This document shows, piece after piece, positions 58,202-64,000 of a stretch of 64,000 bases of DNA. Made by a program: the position numbers and the translations under genes. Numbering within the stretch: the first letter of the stretch is position 1; each line of letters opens with the position of its first letter. The notes under the pieces were generated by a model. The model did no database searches and was not told the origin of the DNA. It saw only the letters and a list, made by a program, of their open reading frames with translations. The DNA is from Cyanophora paradoxa CCMP329. Lineage: Eukaryota > Plantae > Glaucophyta. Location of the stretch: positions 62,001-126,000 of the forward strand of contig QPMI01000078.1 of assembly GCA_004431415.1 (NCBI GenBank), given 5' to 3'.

Positions 58202-58623
58202 TCTCTTTCCTTTCTTCCCTTTCTGACGGGCCCCGCAGGTGCACGGGGAGTGGGAGCGCCTCGACAACTACAGCGCCGGGCCCCACGTGCGCCGCCCCGA
58301 AGCCTGTACCCCCCCCTTCGCCCCCCCCGGATCGAGCCGCCGGGGCCGCAGGTGGAGCCGCACCTATTCTCGCGGGGGCGGCCTTCGGCGGGCCGGCGGC
58401 GGAGGCGGCCGCGGCGGAGGCGGCGCGCCGCGTGCGGGCCTCCTACGACCCCGCGGTGCGCGCGCGCCGCGCCGCCGCGCCGGAACCCGGGACCGCCTTA
58501 CGACGCCGCCCGGCGGTCCGGTCCGCGGGGGGGGCGCAGGAGGCGCAGGCGGCCCTCGCGGGGCTCCTCGACGGGCGCATCGAGATCGGCACCCCCGGCC
58601 CGGGCCCGGGCCCGGGCCCGTGA
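56229..58623 (+). CDS. Leucine-rich repeat protein fused to a C-terminal YdcF/DUF218-like domain
   Basis: LRRs [58 protein letters not shown]-terminal blocks [52 protein letters not shown]. Confidence 0.7.
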
Positions 58624-58810
58624 CCCCCCGAGCCGAAGTCCCCTGTGGCGCTGGGGCGGGCGGCGGGCCACGGCCCGGGCCCGGGCCCGTGACCCCCCCG
58701 AGCCGTCCCCTCCCGCCTCTTTTGCTTTCGAAGTCCCCTGTGGGGCTGGGGCGGGCGGACCGGGCCACGGGGCGGGCCCGGGCCCGTGACCCCCCCGAGC
58801 CGTCCCCTCC
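58597..58810. repeat. Imperfect GC-rich tandem repeat (gggcccgggcccgtgaccccccgagccg core x3) at the 3' end of the LRR gene
   Basis: Core seen at ~58608, ~58677 and ~58774; aagtcccctgtgg.gctggggcgggcgg appears twice. Confidence 0.8.
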
Positions 58811-59212
58811 TCCTTTTCTGGTGGGGCGGGCGGGCTGCCCCGGCCCGGCCCGCGAGAGAACGGCTTCCGCGTTCTTCCCGAGTCTAGCCCTCATTTTGGC
58901 TTCAGCTTGATTTTCGAGCCGGCGCCTTCAATTTATTTCAATCGCGAGACTCAAACTTCTAAGCCTTCAATTTTGCAATGCCCCTTTTGGAATTTCTAGG
59001 CCTTCAATTTTCCAATGCTCTTTAAGGCTGAGGTCTGGAGGAGCTCTGAGGCTCACTCGTAAACGTCCTTCCCTTCCCCTCCAACCGGGGCCCCGAGGCT
59101 CCGAGGCTTTACATCTAGTCGTGCATTCGCTACGTGGAATATTCTGGGCCCTCCCCCGGTCCCCTCTTGAGCTTGTCGGGGGGGGCCTCCGTTCTTTTGG
59201 GGCTCAGATATC

Positions 59213-59560
59213 CATGCCCCCGTCGTCCTCGCCGGCCCGCAGCCTTCGGGCGGTGCGAGCCCCGCCCGCCCCGCCCTCCGCGCCGCGAGCCCCGCCCGCC
59301 CCGCCCTCCGCCTAATATTAATCGGATTCGAAATCGAATTTCCTCCCCTAAATCGAATTTCCTCCCCCACGATCGACGCGCTCCCCTCGATCGAGTTCAT
59401 GCACCGCGTGGCACATGCATGATCTCGCCATGATGCCCCGTCTTCCTCGCCGGCCCGCAGCCGCCGGGCGGTGCGAGCCCCGCGCGCTCCGCCCTCCGCG
59501 CCGTCTTCCTCAGGCCTAAGCCTAATATTAATTGGATTCGAAATCGAATTTCCTCCCCTA
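59213..59560. repeat. Imperfect direct repeat (~130-140 bp x2) in the intergenic/promoter region
   Basis: atgcccc..gtc.tcctcgccggcccgcagcc...cctaatattaat.ggattcgaaatcgaatttcctcccct at ~59214-59349 and ~59433-59559. Confidence 0.8.
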
Positions 59561-59944
59561 TATAGCTTTCTTAGACCTCCCCTAAGATCACCCCTCGATC
59601 GCGAGGCCTCTCTTCTCTAATTGTTGCGGCGCGCAGCGATCGAATTCGGGCCACTTTTGCAACGACGCCGGCGTAGAGTTAAATCGCCGGCTCATCGTCC
59701 GGGCGTCTCCGGCCGCAAGAGGCGCGCTCACGAGCAACGGACGCGATCCGCGCGGTCTTCTTCATCGCGCAGGATCATCGGGGAGAAGCTCGAGGTGCGA
59801 ATCGGCGAATCGAAAGCCGACGCGTGTTCGCGTGGAGAGACGGCGAGCACTCACGCTGGGTGATGCGCGGCGCAGGAAGCAAGGCCTTCGTGGGCCGTCG
59901 CATGAAAATCGCGAATTCGAATACGAGCTCGTGCTTGAATTCAA

Positions 59945-62900
59945 ATGTCGGGATTCGACTTTATGCAATTCAACCCGGAGGCGATTCGGGATGCCCTTCA
60001 GCGCGCGAATTCGCTTGCAAAAGCAGGCGGTGCCGTGGCAGCGGAGGAGATCTCCAGAGTGTTGCTTGAAGCCTTTGCGGGGAAAGCGGTGCGCGATGCA
60101 GTTCGAAGCAACAAATCCTCATATAATTACAATTGCAAGTTTTGCACTGGCGCTCGCTTATTTCGGATTTGCATCTGCGCAGACCGGTACCGCCCCCGGA
60201 CAAGGAGCGGCCGCGGGGTCGACATGCCTATGTACAGCATGCGCAGCTGCAGCTGCGCAAACAGATTCACAGGCGCTTGTGTGCGCTGTCTTCGTCGAAG
60301 TTCCGCCGTTGCTCCATGTCTTGCTCGACGAGCGTCAGCGGGGCCTCGTTCTGTCTGCGACGATTCATCTTGCGTACCTTCGTGAAGGTTTCCTCTGTAC
60401 GTGTTCGAGCTCCAGCGTCTGCGACGGGTGCAAGGAGCTCGTCTTTGCCCTTCATCGCTTCGCGCTGCGCATGCCTCCTGCGATCAAGTCTTCCACAGCG
60501 GCGCTCCACAAGCACGCCACGGGCGTCCAGGTCCGGCTGCAGACCTGGCTGCAGATCTGGCTGTACATGTCGCCGACCGCCTCGCGCAGGATTTCCTGGA
60601 AACGCTCGTGCGGACTCGCGGGCGGCGTCACGCCTTGAGCGCCGCCTGTGGGGTCCACCGTTCCTATCTTCACTTCAAGCTCGACGACCTCGATGCTGCC
60701 ATCGCGGCCCACGAGGTGCCTCGACGCCGCGCCCGGCCCATCTCTGCCTCGCGCTCACGGCGTACGTACGCGTGCTCCGCGTTGGTATGCGCAGCCGGCG
60801 CTCGCGCTGTACGCGGAGGACGCGCGGCTGCGGGCGGCGACCGAGCCCGGCGCCCTCGGGGAGCACGCGGGGATCCTCGGCTCGGTCTACCATCGCAGGA
60901 ACGACTTCGCATCTGCCAAGCGAGCTTTCCTCGTACGTCCATACACATACGCTGCAGCTGCGCTCCCACACTTTGCCTTGCCACGAGCTCTTCATTTTTT
61001 AGCTTTGGTCTGGATCTTATCTAAGCATTTTTAAGTATTCGTCCTTATCTAATTTTCGGATCCTACTTTGCGCGCAGTGGGCGCTCTCGTTCCGGCAGGA
61101 GAGTCTGGGGCCCCTGCACGTGTTGACGACCGCGACGGAGTACAGTCTGGGCGTTTGCGCACATGAGATTGGGGATTCCGAGGGCGCCGAGGCCTATTTC
61201 GAGGTGTGCCTCGCGCTGCCCGCTGCGCATGAATATGCGAGACTGACCTTCCGCCGGCGCCGGCGCCCTCGCCCTGCAGTCCGCCTTCGTGCACGAGCGG
61301 GAGGCCGGTTGCGAGGCGCGGATCGCGGGGCTTTGCTGCGACATGCCCTTCGTCCCGGCTCTTAACGCTCTGTCCAAGCAACACTTCGAAGCGGGGCGCC
61401 TCCAGCGCGCCATCGACCTCCAGCAGGTGCCGGCGCCGGCATCGTTTTTGCCCGGCGGCCCCGCCCCCCGCCCCTGCCCCCCTGCCCGGGCCTGACACGC
61501 TTGCAGATGGCCTTATTGATTGCGGAGCGCGTGTGCGACAACTGCTTCGAGCGCGGAGACCTCGAGGACGCCGTTGACGCCATTGTTAAGCTCAAGGCCA
61601 TTGCGGGCGACCGCCTTGGTGCTGAGGCCGCTGCAAAGGTGCTCCCGCCGCTCCGGGTCCGGATCTGCCCTCTAGATCTGTACCACCCGCGACCGCGGCC
61701 GACTCTCCCCGGCCCTTGTCGTCCCTCACGCCTCGCATCCCTCCCCGCCGTCTCTGATCGATTTCCGGATTCGCCCCATGTGCCACCCCTCGCGTTATCG
61801 CTGCCTGACGGACCCCGGTTCGCAGCGGCTCCTGTCGGAGACCGAGCGGCGCCTGGGCCCGCCGCACCGCCGCGTCGGCAACGCCCTCAGGCTCCTTGTT
61901 CGTTTCTACATCAACTCTGATCAGCCCGAGATCGCCGAGCCTTATGAACGCGTACGCTTCATGCCCGCCCTTTAATGTGCCCTAGGCCTTTCATCGTAAA
62001 TTTTAATTTACAATCGGTCCACCGCTTATGTTTTCTGTCCCTGCCTTTCCATTCTCTCTCTCTCTCTCTTTCACTCTGCCTTTCCACGCTCACCGGTTGT
62101 TTCTCCGCAGCGTGCGTGGGAGAACTATGAGGCGACCTTGCAGTCGGCCGATGGCCGGCAGATCCGGGATCTTTTCCAGGAGGCATTGCGGTCGGGCTTC
62201 GCGGATCCACGTGTCGCAGGATTCAACCCGCTGCTGGGGGAGCACTTGGCTACTCTTTGGACCGTCTACAAGAAGGCCCCGCACTACCGCAAACTCCCCA
62301 AAACCTTTTTCAAGGCGCGCCAAGTTGCTGGGCGTGCCCTCGCGAGGCTGAGGTCGCCTCCCGATCGCAGGCAATCCTGGACTGGACACGGGCGAACAAG
62401 AATCCGCCGCCCGGCGTGCTGATCGCGGACGTGGTTGCGCCTTCGAAATTCTGAACTTGAACTCTCTCGTCGCCGATTAAAAATTATATTGCGGTTCACC
62501 GCCCGGCAGATTCGCGCTCTCCGCACACGCGAGCGCGAGGAGCTGGAGGAGCAGAAGCTCACGCAGGAGCGGGAGGAGCGGGAGCGGGAGGAGGAGCGGA
62601 AGCGGGCGGAGGAGGAGGCGCGGCAGCGAACGGAGGCGGAGCGAAAGCGGGTAGAGGAGGAGCAGAAGATTGAGAAATTGGAAGAGCAGAAGCGGGAGCG
62701 AGAAGCAGCCAAGCGCGCCCGTTGCCGGTAAGAACCAAGCTGCAGGCAGAAATTGAATGCCTGGTGCGCTCTTAGATCTGAATCACGCACCACGATCGCC
62801 AGCAAACTGGAGGAGCGCAAGCGGGAGCGGGAGGAGCGGCGGCGGGCGGAGGAGGAGCGCGAGCGGGCGCGGGAGGAGGCCGAGCGCGCCGAGCGCGCCG

Positions 62901-64000
62901 CCCGCGACGCCGCCGACCGCGTGCGCACTTTTATGCCCGTGCGCCACCCGCCCTCTGGCATGCACTGAGCCGTGCGGCAGGAGGCGGTTCGGACGCACGT
63001 GGAGGCCTCGCAGTGGGCGCGAGCGTGCAAGCTCGTCGATGCCCTTCTCAAGGTTCGGCTGCTGCGAGCGTGGCACCCTCGAGTCGTTTAGTTTTGACGG
63101 ACGTGCAGCGGTCGCCCGACGACTTCGAGGCTCGCCTGCTCCGCATCCGTGCGCGCCTCGTCCTGCTCTCCAAGATCACCGGTCCCATATTATTTAAAGC
63201 TTGCTGCCACTGCGGCAGAATGCATGGCGGGGGCGGGCCAGCTGGAGGCGGCCGCGCAGGAGGCCGAGGCGGCGGAGCGCGGGCTCGCTGCTACCGAGCC
63301 GGCCGCGAGCTCGAGCGAGATCGCTGACGCCCTCCGCCGGTGCGCGCCGACCCCTTTCCGAGTGCGGTGGCAGGCCGCCGGGCTAACAGGCGGCTGCAGG
63401 CTCGAGGAGCTGCGGCGCCATGTCGCGGCGGAGCGGCGGCGGCGCGAAGAGGCGACGAGGAGGGCGAAGGAGGAGGCGGGGCGGCGGGCGCAGGAGGAGC
63501 GGCGCGAGCGCGAACGGCAGCTGCGGGAGGAGCAGGAGCGCACGGGGGCGCGCCGGCGGGAGGAGGCGCGGCGGCGGGAGCAGGAAGAGGAGCAGCGGCG
63601 AGAGGAGCAGCGGCGGGAGGAGGAGCGGCTCCAGGCGGCCGAGGCCGAGCGGCAGCGCGAGGAGGCGCGCCGGTGCGAGGAGGAGCGTCTGCAGGCGGAG
63701 CGGCGGGAGCGGGAGCGTCGGCTGAAGGAGCAGCGAGAGGCGCGCCGGCGCCAGCGGGGGGAGGAGCGCCGGCTGGCCTCGGAGCAGCAGCGGCGCGAGG
63801 AGGCGGAGCTGCAGCGGAACCAGCTGCAGGCAAAGCAGAAGCAGAACGGGAAGGGTGTCTGCCGGTGCGCGCGCGAGACGAGCTCGCCTCTTGCGCACTT
63901 TAATTTGCTTTTCTTTAATTTGACATCCCAAGTGCACCCTGCTTGGCAGGTACCAGCCCGCAGCGGCCCCCGAGGATGCCGAGTGCGCCATATGCTTCGA
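59945..64000 (+). CDS. TPR-like + long Glu/Arg coiled-coil protein, probably with a C-terminal RING finger; truncated by the window end
   Basis: MSGFDFMQFNPEA start; TPR-like LGSVYHRRNDFASAKRAF, LGPLHVLTTATEYSLGV, LGPPHRRVGNALRLL; E/R-rich coiled coil 62510-63830; last exon YQPAAAPEDAECAICF. Confidence 0.65.

Noticed and set aside
58597-59620. Possible LTR or transposon end
   Set aside because: Only local direct repeats are present; there is no TG..CA pair, terminal inverted repeat, or transposase/RT coding sequence in the window.
1-64000. Introner-like repeated introns, tRNA, rRNA or snoRNA genes
   Set aside because: Introns share only short motifs rather than extended identity, and no RNA-gene signature was recognisable by eye. 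A covariance-model scan would be needed to exclude small RNAs.

Overview
This is a very GC-rich, intron-dense eukaryotic nuclear window with about 22 protein-coding genes, most split by short (~50-100 nt) spliceosomal introns. Most long ORFs in the supplied track are therefore GC-driven shadows. Plastid-targeted genes carry Phe-near-N-terminus transit peptides (LHC-like SEP 'MAAFF..', SerC 'MAGFS..', AroDE 'MFAAAP..'), and there are ciliary genes (LRRC49-like, Chibby, androglobin-like). Together these point to a flagellated alga, most plausibly a glaucophyte such as Cyanophora (inference). Genes in order: LRRC49-like 3' end, soluble-type adenylate/guanylate cyclase (2 cyclase domains + P-loop), degenerate CPBP membrane protein, GAR1, CSN9/CSNAP, Chibby, two-helix LHC-like protein, alphaproteobacterial/Methanosarcina-type SerC, URI1, two orphans, patellin, androglobin-like protein lacking the globin insert, GPI-anchored kelch-like protein, DHQ dehydratase/shikimate dehydrogenase, type I membrane protein, SLC35F5-like transporter, a weak orphan, membrane-anchored multidomain subtilase, TCTP, LRR + YdcF/DUF218-like fusion, and a TPR/coiled-coil/(RING) gene running off the window. 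The most unusual signals concern splice-signal architecture: frequent GC-AG introns, multimerised branch-point motifs, duplicated splice sites flanking AT-rich fillers, and a 23-unit intronic satellite that reads as an array of cryptic 3' splice sites. Gene orientation also alternates almost perfectly. Exon boundaries were inferred by eye and family calls come from recalled motifs, not database searches.
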